Assembly (NCBI GenBank): GCA_025603075.1
Contig: MU626298.1
Location: 62,001 to 126,000, forward strand
From: Neoconidiobolus thromboides FSU 785
Lineage: Eukaryota > Fungi > Entomophthoromycota
Length of the DNA stretch: 64,000 nucleotides
Direction: 5' to 3'
In this document: in pieces, positions 1 through 10,386 of the stretch
Layout: each line of letters opens with the position of its first letter
Position numbering within the stretch: position 1 is the first letter of the stretch
Notes under the pieces: generated by a model
What the model was told of the DNA's origin: nothing
Database searches by the model: none
What the model saw: the letters and a program-made list of their open reading frames with translations, nothing else
Position numbers and translations under genes: made by a program

Positions 1-272
1 AAATCTTTGTAAAGCTTTTATAGAGAAAGGATAATTCTAAAAATAAGTAAAATAAATAGCTAAAGGACATATTATAAAAACAATACAAAGAAAGTGTCTT
101 AATACTCAGTATAAATAAACCATATGTGCAAAATTATGTATAATATTGGGACAGAATTATTATTTTATGATATAAACGTAAAAAATAAAAGTAGAAAAAT
201 TATTCTGATATGGTTTTATTCTATTATTCATAGCTATTAAATGATAAACATTACAAATTGATCATTAAGTCA

Positions 273-1535
273 TTATAGTTCTATTAAATTTAATTTTGGG
301 ATGCTCTTTAGCCTCCTATAGGCACCTAAAGAGGTTACAGGATCAATACGAGTAACAAGCAGTATTAGGGTAGTAGGTAGATATTCAATTTCTGACAGTG
401 CATGTTGAAGAGTAAGACAGCTAACATTAATTAATTCAAGGTTTGGAAATAACTTGATAAAAGTTAATAGCTTGCCAATTGTAGTGTTGAAATTATTAAT
501 TGAAATTTTTTTTACATATTTACATTTATAAAAATCCAAATTCAAATAATTAAGATTAATTTCATTTAAAGCTATTTTACTAATATGAAGCATTTGGATA
601 TTTGGCAATCCTTGAATCCCTTTCAAGACTTCTTTTTTGAATTTTTTAATATGTATTTCTTTTAATGCTGGAGACTTAAAAAATTCATAACTAAGTAGAC
701 ATCCAGAGTTAGAGTACCCAAGTGAAGTAATATTACTTCCCTCAATAAATTTTATATTATCGTTGTCATTGAAAAAATTACGTGACAAATCCCTTAACTG
801 TATACTCTTGAGCTTTTTTAGGTCCCCAAAACTTTGAATACCTACTCCATTCTCAAACTTTCCGCTAATTGATAGTTCCAAATTTGAATTGAAATTCAAC
901 TTTGGATTTAGTTCAGCAGTTGTAAAAAAGCTCTTTGAAGCTAATAGTTCTAATTTTTCTAATTTGTTAAATTTTGATTTGATAATATCTAATCCGTCAA
1001 GATTAAAAAAAAGTTCTCTGCAAGCAATCTCGAGTGATCTTAGTTTGTTTGGATTTAAATGCTTAACAACATCTTTAATACTTTCACTATTTACACCAAT
1101 TATAATTATTTCCATCTGGCTTAAATAATTACTAAAACACTCTAAAATGTTTGCAACTTCACAGAAATCTATAGATAATTTCGTTAACTTTGGTAGTTCA
1201 ATATTAATATTAGATGGAATTGTATCATAACTTTGGTAAAATGCTATAATATTAATACACTTTAAATTGAGGCAGTTCTTTATAAATCCAATATTTTGAT
1301 CATCTAAAAGTAGCTCTTTCATCAATTTGCCATTTTCTTGAATAAACTTTACTTGTAACTCATCAAATCTTCCATCACTATAAAGAGAATAAGCTAAATT
1401 AGATCTGATGACCCGCTTTATTATACTGAATAAATATTTACTCAAAAAGCTAAGATCAATTAACTCTTCTGGTCTAATTAGTTGAAACACTCTTTCTAAT
1501 ACGATATCTGGTAAATAGTCGAACTGTATTTTCAT
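273..1535 (-). CDS. F-box / leucine-rich-repeat (RNI-like) protein, intronless
   Basis: The 420-aa ORF begins with an F-box-like motif (FDYLPDIVLERVFQLIRPEELIDLSFLSKYL). LxxLxL repeats follow (LPKLTKLSI, LEKLELL, LKKLKSIQL, LPNIQMLHI, FPNLELINV). Confidence 0.8.
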   Translation of the reverse strand: MKIQFDYLPDIVLERVFQLIRPEELIDLSFLSKYLFSIIKRVIRSNLAYSLYSDGRFDELQVKFIQENGKLMKELLLDDQNIGFIKNCLNLKCINIIAFYQSYDTIPSNINIELPKLTKLSIDFCEVANILECFSNYLSQMEIIIIGVNSESIKDVVKHLNPNKLRSLEIACRELFFNLDGLDIIKSKFNKLEKLELLASKSFFTTAELNPKLNFNSNLELSISGKFENGVGIQSFGDLKKLKSIQLRDLSRNFFNDNDNIKFIEGSNITSLGYSNSGCLLSYEFFKSPALKEIHIKKFKKEVLKGIQGLPNIQMLHISKIALNEINLNYLNLDFYKCKYVKKISINNFNTTIGKLLTFIKLFPNLELINVSCLTLQHALSEIEYLPTTLILLVTRIDPVTSLGAYRRLKSIPKLNLIEL

Positions 1536-2010
1536 TTAAATATGAATTTGATAAAATATTTGGCTTTTGGACTTTTTAGAAATTATTGATAATAGCAGAA
1601 TCATTCTACTTTTCTAACCAATAAAGTGTGAAGCTAGTCCAAAATTGGATCGAATTAGGAAGCCAAAAGGTTAGAAGATTAAAAACCTGTGTAAACTAAT
1701 AAAAATATTATTTTTTACCTAGTTTTTACTTTCACTTTACTTTTTTCTTTATTGTTCTTTAGCTTCTCTATCATTAAAAATAAACGTTATAACCTAAAGT
1801 TAAGCCAAACTTATTTGGAGTTATCTCTAACTAAACAATATTACTTTTTAAAGATAAATAAAATCTAAAAGCTAAATTATAAACTAGAAGCTAATTACAA
1901 AAAAAATATAGATATTCCAAAATTGAGTCTTAAAAAAATACGTGATCAAAAAATTAATCAAAGAACAGCTATAAATTTACAAAACTATTCTTTTGTAAAA
2001 AAAATTTGAG

Positions 2011-3924
2011 ATGCAGCTCAAAATACTAGAATATGAAGCTACAACAGCTGGGATATGCAAGAGGAAGGCAAAAACGAAGAAAAGAGCCTTAATAGAGGAT
2101 ATGAATGCTAGAATGACCGAATTGGATGCTACATTTGATCATCTAGTTCTTTATTTTAACCAGGTCAGCTCGATTTCAATACGGAGCAATTCAACTGAAT
2201 ATAATGCGCAAGATCTATTGAACTTAATTAAATTGAAGAATTATTTACAATGGATAATTAATCAATTAAGACAAATACAACATGCTAAATCAAACTCAAA
2301 ACTTCATCTTTTAAATCAAAAATGTATAGCGTTGACGGAATCCGAAATACAAAGCTTCGATATATTACTAAACGATTATTTCAAATTCAATGGAAGATAT
2401 ATCTATGACTTAAGAAATCGAGCAGGCCGTGGGGCTGAGCACGTGGGTATAGTATTAAAAAGTATGGATTTTGGAACTTTGCTACAGAGTGGCTTAAATG
2501 CACTTGAGTGTCGACTGTATGACACTGGACTCTATTTTAGTAGAGAAGAGGTACTCACTATATTAACAACTAAAGAACCAAACTTCCAATCTCATGCAAT
2601 GGTGGCCTCTTTTTGTGTATTTTATTTATCTCTTAATGATCCTGGGTTTCTGACTATGTTCAAAAAAAGCTATTATGAAGCGTGTAAATCCATTTATCAA
2701 GTTTATAATGAAGTTAGCTTTGTAAATTTGAAAAGCTTGATGGTGTTGACATCATTGACATTTTATGAATCAGATACTGCATTGCTAAAAAAGATTTCAA
2801 TGCCCTTATTAAATATGGCGTATTCATTAGGGCTGAACAAAAGGATTGAAAATAGGTTATTGGTGGATCAAAATGAGGATGTAGAACTTTATTTACATAA
2901 AAGGATAACATGGAATTGTATAAGAGCATTTTTTGTCACGAATAATATGCTGTTATCGTCTCTACCTTCAGTCGGGGATTTTGAAGTCAAAGGATTGGAG
3001 TTTGAGCAGTTGCGAGCTTTGATTCAAAGCCATTCAGTGGATACTTGGTTACTGAATTTTTTAGATTGCTTTCGCATTCAGTTACACGAAATTGTTATTG
3101 TACTGTCAAACCATATGAAGAACATTAAAAGAAGTTATAAACAATTAGAGGTTATAACCTACCATCAGGCTAGACTACCAATAGAAATTTATAATAAGAT
3201 GCAAAACACACTAAAAGTCTACTTCATACCTTCCATCCGATTCCTAAGAAAAGAGCTTAATGAGATGAATCAAGGGAGTATTACCATCACTAAATACTTT
3301 TGTCAGTTTAAAAATCAAGGTTGCAAAATTCATCCTACTTTTCATCAGTTTAAAGAAAGCGTTTTAATTTATTATTTACAAATCATTTTGATTTATCCGT
3401 TAATTAATTATCATCCACAGCCTATTGATTTGACAACAGAGGAACTACTCATATTATCAGAAGCTGCTATTCGAATGTTTCATTTACTTCAAGCAAATAC
3501 ATTTATCTATTTAAATCAGGTTTATCTCAGTTCTTCTCAAAACCATAATGAAAAGTCATTTCAACAACTTAAAGAATATCTAGCCACTTGTTTCCCACCG
3601 ATTGCAACTGACGAATTCGAGGCTATGATTTACTTAAATGTAGCTTCGTTACAATTTGATTGTTATCTGTATCCATTGTTTACTTTTCTATTACTTTTAT
3701 CTTCAAATCAATCATGCTTATTATCAGACATAAGCAAAGAATATAAACAAAATATTAAACATAAAATTATTCAAATCCTTAAAGTCTTAAAAATTATTAA
3801 CCATATCAAAAACCCCAAAGCGCAATTCGACATTACTCATGTGATTGATAAGATTCTAAAGTTCAGCAAGTACTTTCCATTGCAACAAGAGGATGGGATT
3901 GAGTGGGAGGAGTATCTAAATTAA
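2011..3924 (+). CDS. Fungal transcription-factor-like protein (middle-homology-region type) with no visible Zn2Cys6 finger; paralog A
   Basis: 637-aa intronless ORF with a basic N-terminus, a short coiled coil (RMTELDATF) and MHR-like motifs (LKSLMVL..MAYSLGLNK..RITWNCI). It shares blocks with the 3863..5773 ORF. Confidence 0.6.
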   Translation: MQLKILEYEATTAGICKRKAKTKKRALIEDMNARMTELDATFDHLVLYFNQVSSISIRSNSTEYNAQDLLNLIKLKNYLQWIINQLRQIQHAKSNSKLHLLNQKCIALTESEIQSFDILLNDYFKFNGRYIYDLRNRAGRGAEHVGIVLKSMDFGTLLQSGLNALECRLYDTGLYFSREEVLTILTTKEPNFQSHAMVASFCVFYLSLNDPGFLTMFKKSYYEACKSIYQVYNEVSFVNLKSLMVLTSLTFYESDTALLKKISMPLLNMAYSLGLNKRIENRLLVDQNEDVELYLHKRITWNCIRAFFVTNNMLLSSLPSVGDFEVKGLEFEQLRALIQSHSVDTWLLNFLDCFRIQLHEIVIVLSNHMKNIKRSYKQLEVITYHQARLPIEIYNKMQNTLKVYFIPSIRFLRKELNEMNQGSITITKYFCQFKNQGCKIHPTFHQFKESVLIYYLQIILIYPLINYHPQPIDLTTEELLILSEAAIRMFHLLQANTFIYLNQVYLSSSQNHNEKSFQQLKEYLATCFPPIATDEFEAMIYLNVASLQFDCYLYPLFTFLLLLSSNQSCLLSDISKEYKQNIKHKIIQILKVLKIINHIKNPKAQFDITHVIDKILKFSKYFPLQQEDGIEWEEYLN

Positions 3925-5773
3925 ATCTATATTGGATTTCCTTAGTAAACTCATCAGACAATTCAAACTTAGCAATTGAGTTTTTAATGGTAGCGTAAAT
4001 TGGAGCCATATTAAAGGTGCTTTGAGCACCTTGTAAATCAACTAAAAGTTGGATGATGGATATAATTTCAAGTATACAATGTTGAAAATACCGAATCTTT
4101 TCCAAAGAGAAGAGAGAGTTTAATTGATACTCTTTAACCGAAATGGCTATTAAAAAGATGTGGAATGCGTGTAAAAGAGAATCCAATTGAATTGTCTTAA
4201 AGATGAGTTGAGTTAAGTGGATAGACAGTCGAGTGTGAATTGAATTCTGTTGGCGGTTTAAATAAAATTGAATATTGTGAATTAGATTATTAGTTTTTGA
4301 GTGTGAATTTAGTCGATTTACTACTTGTTGAAAATAGTTGTAAATTATTATTAAATAAATGGTGTGTATTTTGATAGCTACTTCAATCAATATAAGTACA
4401 TTTTTATTAGTAATAAAATCAGGGGTAGGTGCTGTGATAATGCCAGGAGTAATGATATAAATTTGAATCATGTATATTAAAAGGCTATTTTTAATACTAT
4501 GGTAATAAATTAATGAATCAACAGTAGTGTCTTTAAAACGACATAAACAATTATCCAAGTTTTTAACCTTATATTTTAACTTCAATTGATAATCTAAATA
4601 ATTAACTGATGGTATAAAATAATTTGATAATATTATTTGTATTCTTTCAATATTATAATTCTTTTGATTTAAATTATATTGAGCCGTTAACTCGTGATCA
4701 ATATCACTGCAAATGATTAATAGCATTTCTTGAATATGCAATCGAACCAAAGAAGCATTATAGTTCAAATCGTTGATATATTGATTATTTAACTGATATA
4801 AACTATTCAGTTTCAAATTATATTCACTCAGCCGTATATTTAAACATTTATCCATCAAAAACTCTTGATTAGTAAAATAGAATATAATCATACTGTTCCA
4901 TACTTTCCATTTTTTAATAATCAATTCGCTTTCACTCTCTGAGCTCATTTCCAACTGTGATAAATGAACTTGGTCCAACTGCAAGGCATAAGCCATCCTA
5001 ACAGCAATTGGAAACAATTTCCGAGTTACTTTAATATCTCCTTCGTTACACGCCATCTCATTACATAACATCAACATTCTCAATGTATCAAATCCGACCT
5101 GATCAAAACTCTGATACATAAGCTTACATGCTTGTCCATAAACCATTTTAAATATAGATTGAAACTGTACATTATCATAATGGTATTGATTATAGCATCC
5201 AAATACTGCCAAAGTAGTATAGTTTGCAAAAGTAGCCTTTTTTTGGTATAAATTGGTTAATAACTCATCAGGCTCAAACTGAAGTCCTGAGCCTTGAAAT
5301 AGGAAGCGATAATGATGTAGACCAGACTCAAGATAAGTCCCATAATCAAAGCAGCTGTTCTTGACATCTATGTGCTCCCCGCTTCTTCCGCTACGCGTTC
5401 TTAATGTCATTATATTATCTATATTTTCAGTTGTATATGTTGTTAGTAAGCTATCTATATTAGTTATATACTTTTGCTGTTCTGAAGTAATCTCACTATT
5501 GGTATGGGTATTTAGCTGATTTATTATCCATATTAGATAGTCTTTGATCTGCTTTAAGTGTGAGAAATTAGATTGAATTGTAGCTTGAGAGGTAGAAGTG
5601 GTAAATATTATAGTTTGATATTGAGCTAACTTTTGTAGTGTTTGCTTTAATTCGGTTTCTAAGGCAGTTAGGCGATATCCAAGGAATTTGATATTAACTT
5701 TTTTAGTTGTTATAGATCTTAGTTTGTCTTTTTGGATATCATGGATGTACCTTTTGATTTTTAAAGGTTTCAT
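3863..5773 (-). CDS. Fungal transcription-factor-like protein with no Zn2Cys6 finger; paralog B, convergent with and overlapping paralog A
   Basis: 636-aa intronless ORF with RLTALETEL, DYLIWIINQL, LRTRSGRSGEH, DYGTYLESGL and MAYALQLDQ. These align by eye with paralog A (NYLQWIINQL, LRNRAGRGAEH, DFGTLLQSGL, MAYSLGLNK). Confidence 0.6.
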   Translation of the reverse strand: MKPLKIKRYIHDIQKDKLRSITTKKVNIKFLGYRLTALETELKQTLQKLAQYQTIIFTTSTSQATIQSNFSHLKQIKDYLIWIINQLNTHTNSEITSEQQKYITNIDSLLTTYTTENIDNIMTLRTRSGRSGEHIDVKNSCFDYGTYLESGLHHYRFLFQGSGLQFEPDELLTNLYQKKATFANYTTLAVFGCYNQYHYDNVQFQSIFKMVYGQACKLMYQSFDQVGFDTLRMLMLCNEMACNEGDIKVTRKLFPIAVRMAYALQLDQVHLSQLEMSSESESELIIKKWKVWNSMIIFYFTNQEFLMDKCLNIRLSEYNLKLNSLYQLNNQYINDLNYNASLVRLHIQEMLLIICSDIDHELTAQYNLNQKNYNIERIQIILSNYFIPSVNYLDYQLKLKYKVKNLDNCLCRFKDTTVDSLIYYHSIKNSLLIYMIQIYIITPGIITAPTPDFITNKNVLILIEVAIKIHTIYLIIIYNYFQQVVNRLNSHSKTNNLIHNIQFYLNRQQNSIHTRLSIHLTQLIFKTIQLDSLLHAFHIFLIAISVKEYQLNSLFSLEKIRYFQHCILEIISIIQLLVDLQGAQSTFNMAPIYATIKNSIAKFELSDEFTKEIQYRFNLDTPPTQSHPLVAMESTC

Positions 5774-6129
5774 TGTAATAGCTTGTGATGGTAGTTAGGT
5801 TTTGAAAAAGAATGAACGAGAAGTTCTAATTTTATTGATATTTAATACTTTCGGATAAATAGGATTTAGTAACTAAAATTGAGCTAATAAACTGACTTTA
5901 AATTTTAACTATTTCATGTTGATAGTATTTATCCAATTCTACAAAAACCATCCTATGCATAAACAATAAAGATGTTATAAATGTATCTTGGCTAGAACTC
6001 ACGATATAAATGCAAACTATAAAATAAAATCTTTGAAGCCGGAACCTATTTCCGAGCTAAATTTTCGCCAAAAGTGATGACATGTATAAAATTAAAAACT
6101 CATAAATATTTTTTAATTAAAAAGAAGTT

Positions 6130-7406
6130 ATGAGTTTAAAAGGAAAGACAATTTTTATATCTGGAGCATCAAGGTAATTCGATGGGATATAAAGAAGAGC
6201 AAAGGTTAATTAATTTAATTTTATAGAGGTATTGGCAAAGCAATAGCCTTGAGAGCAGCTAGAGATGGAGCAAATGTAGCAATAGCAGCAAAGACAACCA
6301 CCGCGCATCCAAAGGTAAGCGAATAAAATAAAAAAGAAACAGAAAGCTTATTAATGCCATTATCTAAGCTACCAGGAACAATCTACACAGCAGCTGAAGA
6401 AGTAGAAAAAGCAGGAGGAAAAGCATTGCCCATAATTTGTGATATTCGAAGCGAAGAACAGATTGCTGACGCCATTAGTCAAACAGTGAAACAGTTTGGT
6501 GGGCTTGATATTTTAGTTAATAATGGTAAGGCTAATCTGTTTTTTATTTGATAATAGGTGTTAATAATAAAAGCCTCCGCTATTAGTTTAACAAATACCG
6601 AAGAAACCACTTTGAAAAAGTTTGATTTGATGCATCAAATCAATACCCGTGGTACTTGGCTGGTATCTAAAGTTTGTTGCTAGCTCATTTATAAAACATC
6701 AATTTTATTTACTTTTAAACTACTCTTAGCACTCTATTCCTCACTTAAGAAAGAGTAGTAACCCACATATTTTAAACCTTGCTCCACCACTATACATGCA
6801 TCAAAAATGGTTTCAAAACCATAGTGCCTACACTATGGCAAAGTATGGTATTTTTCGTTTTTTACGAGCTATATTTAATGCGTTTTAGGTATGGTATGTC
6901 AATGTGTGTACTTGGTATGTCAGGAGAACTTAAAAAAGATGGTATTGCAGTGAATGCATTATGGCCACTTACTGCGATTATGACGGCAGCTTTACAGATG
7001 ATTGGTAGGCGGATTATTTCTTGTTAATATTATACTAAATTAGTTATTCAGAATCAATGAATAAACCAGAGCTTTGTCGGTAAGTAAATTGGATTTATTA
7101 TAAGCTGATTAAGTTGATGTTTTTTAGTACCCCAGAGATCATTGCTGATTCTGCACATATGGTATTTAATAAAGACAGCAAGAAATTTACGTAAGCAATC
7201 TTATCCAGTCCTTTATTATATGATACTAACTGGTTATGCTTTAATTCAGTGGTAATTTTTTAGTGGATGAATTATTTTTACGTGAGAATGGAGTAACTGA
7301 TATTGATCAATATTCCGTCGTTAAGGGAGCAACTGAATTTGTAGAAGATTTTTTTATCCCTGATGAAGTTAAAGAGAAAATTCAAAAGCTAAGAGAAAGT
7401 AGTTGA
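6130..7406 (+). CDS. HSDL2-like short-chain dehydrogenase/reductase, copy A (multi-exon)
   Basis: Manual splicing gives MSLKGKTIFISGASRGIGKAIALRAARDGANVAIAAKT..HPKLPGTIYTAAEEVEKAGGKALP..DILVNNASAI..YTMAKYGMSMCVLGM..NALWP. The GxxxGxG, NNAS and YxxxK motifs are present. ATG is at 6130 and TGA at 7404-7406. Confidence 0.9.
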
Positions 7407-7858
7407 AAATAGGACGGATTAAACCTGAGTTTTATTAATATAGTTGATAAACAATAGTAACTTGAAAGTTTTTTAAATATTTATTATTTATCACTAGTTC
7501 TAGTAAATTATTTGAAATAGCTAATTTTCGTATATAAAACATTGCACGTATAAATATTTCAACGCATATTAAAATTATTATATTCGAAAAAATGTCAATT
7601 TATGCTTAAGTATGAAATATTATAATACACTGATTGTTTTGATTTATTCAAATTATGTTTAAAATTGATCTGAAATTGTATTATTAATTAACTATGTATC
7701 CAATTCTTGTAATTTTATTACTTCAAAGCATCAAGTAATGCTATTAATGATTATGATCCAGTACTGGGAAAAACTTATCAATATGCCAGCTCTTTTTCCT
7801 ACATAGATAAAACTCTTATTACTTCTCTTGCTTGAGTAATTTGGATTTTCCGTTGATG

Positions 7859-7965
7859 ATATGGGGATATATTTTTGTGTTTAAGAGTTTTACTAACAAA
7901 TTTTCCGCTTAAACAGCGTTTAAAAAATGGAAGAAATAATGAAGTCAAAAAAGACATCCCCATAT
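7859..7965 (+). mobile_element. MITE family copy 1
   Basis: ATAT-GGGGATAT...ACATCCCC-ATAT with the family internal sequence. Confidence 0.85.
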
Positions 7966-8336
7966 TCTAAAATGATCCTAAACAACAAAGCAAGTTTATC
8001 TTAATTCAAATCGGTATTCCAGCTGAAAACCATTTTTGATGATACAAGTTTTTTTTTCTTTGGGACTTAGTCGTTCCAAACTGGAAAATAAGCAGTTATT
8101 GAAAGCCTTCTTTAATTATTTCACTACATATCAAAGCCTCCATTGTCCTTTATATAGTTCTTAATGTGTTGAGATTTTTATTATAATAGATCTAGTTTGG
8201 GCTACATATTTTCAAATATCAAAATTTTCATCAGTATTATTTTCCAATACGTCATCTTTTGCAAACAAAAACCTGCTTTTCTTTAGCACAAAAAATTCTT
8301 TGGTATCTTTCAACTTTTATTTGATTTCATTTTTAC

Positions 8337-9014
8337 ATGCTTGTACGCTTACTTAAACACTTTCCTAGAGTATCTTTTTTAACTAAATTTCAACCCATTA
8401 CCTTGTTATCAATTCGAAAAATGAGTGATGATAATTATATGAAAATGTTAAATAGTAACAATAATTTTGAGTTTAAAGAAACAACCGATTCAATTAGTAA
8501 TAAAAATGATAAATTTAGCGATATTAAAGAAGCCAAATGGTTAAATGGATTACTAAAAAAAGAAAAAGAGATTTCTGTTTCTAATGAAGACGATTTAGGC
8601 TTAAAAAACATCCTAGGATATTTAACTAAAGTATCTAATGGAGTAACCTATTATTCAGAAGCGGACTTTGAATTTGAAAAATTTAGTTTGTTAAATTTAA
8701 GATTAAATCAACTTCCAACAGAAATCGAGTTTTTGAAATTGGTTAAAGAAAAAGCTGGTAATGAAACTGAAAATTTGGAGCAATTTGATGTGAAAAAACA
8801 AAGTTTACAACAGTTTATTGATAAGTCTACAGAGGATGAAGAATTGACTGAATTGTTTGACAAATTAAAAGAGATGAGTAGTGAGGAAAATTTGGAAATT
8901 GCTGTTTATACATTAAATGATAAACAATCCGTTTATAGCTATCATTTTATATCAATGTTGATTAAAGAAGAAGAAGCTATTGTTGGTTTAGTTACTTTAG
9001 AGGTACAGAGTTAG
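8337..9014 (+). CDS. Nuclease A inhibitor (NuiA)-like protein with a predicted mitochondrial presequence
   Basis: NILGYLTKVSNGVTYYSEADFEFEKF resembles cyanobacterial NuiA EILEQLKQASDGLLFMSESEYPFEVF (recalled from memory). The C-terminus GLVTLEVQS* resembles GISTKVVET*. Residues 1-28 are rich in Arg/Lys/Leu/Ser and contain no Asp or Glu. Confidence 0.7.
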   Translation: MLVRLLKHFPRVSFLTKFQPITLLSIRKMSDDNYMKMLNSNNNFEFKETTDSISNKNDKFSDIKEAKWLNGLLKKEKEISVSNEDDLGLKNILGYLTKVSNGVTYYSEADFEFEKFSLLNLRLNQLPTEIEFLKLVKEKAGNETENLEQFDVKKQSLQQFIDKSTEDEELTELFDKLKEMSSEENLEIAVYTLNDKQSVYSYHFISMLIKEEEAIVGLVTLEVQS

Positions 9015-9104
9015 ATCATCATTAAATAAAATTTATTTAAATCAAGTGTTTATTTTTCATAAATTAGTTTTATTAATTTAATTTTCTACTAATAAAATTT
9101 TATA

Positions 9105-9207
9105 ATATGAGGTGTTTTCCTGGTTTCATTGCTTTTTCCATTTTTTAAGTGCTGGTTGAGCAAAAGATCGTTAGTAAAGCTCTTGAACAAAAAATACATC
9201 CCCATAC
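9105..9207 (-). mobile_element. MITE family copy 2, between the convergent NuiA-like and FIS1 3' ends
   Basis: ATAT-GAGG...CATCCCC-ATAC, with the family internal sequence in reverse orientation. Confidence 0.8.
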
Positions 9208-9284
9208 ATTTATTATTTTTAGTTATAATCAGATAACAAGCATATATAATACTATAAATTAAGCATTTATTCATAATGATTAAC

Positions 9285-9933
9285 CTAATTTTGTTTACGG
9301 AAGAGATAAGCAGCCCCTACACCAATAGCAGCTACTAAACCACCCACCATAAATAAGCCCATTAAGCCTTCTATAAAAGTATTATATTAAAACCCATTAA
9401 TTTCAATAATCATTTAATAAAATTTTACCTCTAGATACTCTTTTTTCAATTAAATTTTTTAATGCTAAAGCTTGAATATTATGAGGTTCTTGATCCAAAA
9501 TATAGGAATTCATCACTCTAGCTTCTGTATAATTGCCTAATTTATAATTCCCTAAAGCTATATAATATTGACACTCACGACGTCTGTCTGGGTATTCGAC
9601 AATGATACCTGATTTTTTGATTAGTTATAAGACTAAATTACAAAAGGTAAAGATAACTATAATAAAAACTTACTATTTAATATCTGAATACCTTCTTGTA
9701 CAAATTGTCTTTCACGACATTTAATAAGTCCCCAAGCTAAATTAAATTTGGTTTGTACATTGGCATCTTTACCTTCACTAGCGTATTGAGTACGAAGGAC
9801 CTAAAAGTTTAAAGTTTTAGTTAAATATTATAAATCAAATAGAAATTATTCTTTTTTGACTTACATTTAGTTCTGCTTCAGTGAGTGGATCTTCAGCTTC
9901 AGCTACAAAGGGTAAACGATCTCCAAGGGTCAT
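9285..9933 (-). CDS. FIS1: Mitochondrial fission protein Fis1 (multi-exon)
   Basis: Spliced translation includes LPFVAEAEDPLTEAELN, VLRTQYASEG, QTKFNLAWGLIK, YPDRRRECQYYIALGNYKLGNYTEAR and EPHNIQALALK, then a tail anchor GLMGLFMVGGLVAAIGVGAAYLFRKQN*. It is absent from the ORF track because the exons are short. Confidence 0.93.
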
Positions 9934-10359
9934 ATTTCTTGTATTGATAAATTTATTTATAAAAGTGATTCAACAACTAATTTAAGTTAATTCCTTTTTT
10001 ATAACCCTACTCAATCATGACGTAGGTATTTTTCAAGAAATCTATAAGCATTAGGTTTGGTTTGCAAATTAGTGAAAATAATGAGCAAATGGTTGGATTT
10101 GTTGGAATTACTAAATTCTCTGATTCTAGGCTCCTTTTTTTTGGTCAAGACTCCAAATGAAAAGAACTAAATCAATTTTAACAAAAAAATCATAGTAATA
10201 GAAAAAATCATATCTTATTTAACTACTAAGGTTCATAAAAATGGGCTTGGATTTTTCGATTGGAATTATATGAAACGTGGGCTAAAAAGTTTATCGGAGA
10301 TAATACATCGGAGGTGACTATAATCAAAAATATATTAAGCTTCCGCTTAATTAATGTTT

Positions 10360-10386
10360 AATTTTAGCAACTTAGTTGCTAAAATT
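10360..10386. repeat. Perfect palindrome with 13-bp arms and a 1-nt spacer
   Basis: AATTTTAGCAACT-T-AGTTGCTAAAATT. Confidence 0.8.

Noticed and set aside
7720-8160. Coding-like composition around MITE copy 1, a possible decayed gene
   Set aside because: All frames I checked close quickly, and I could not recognise any protein motif.
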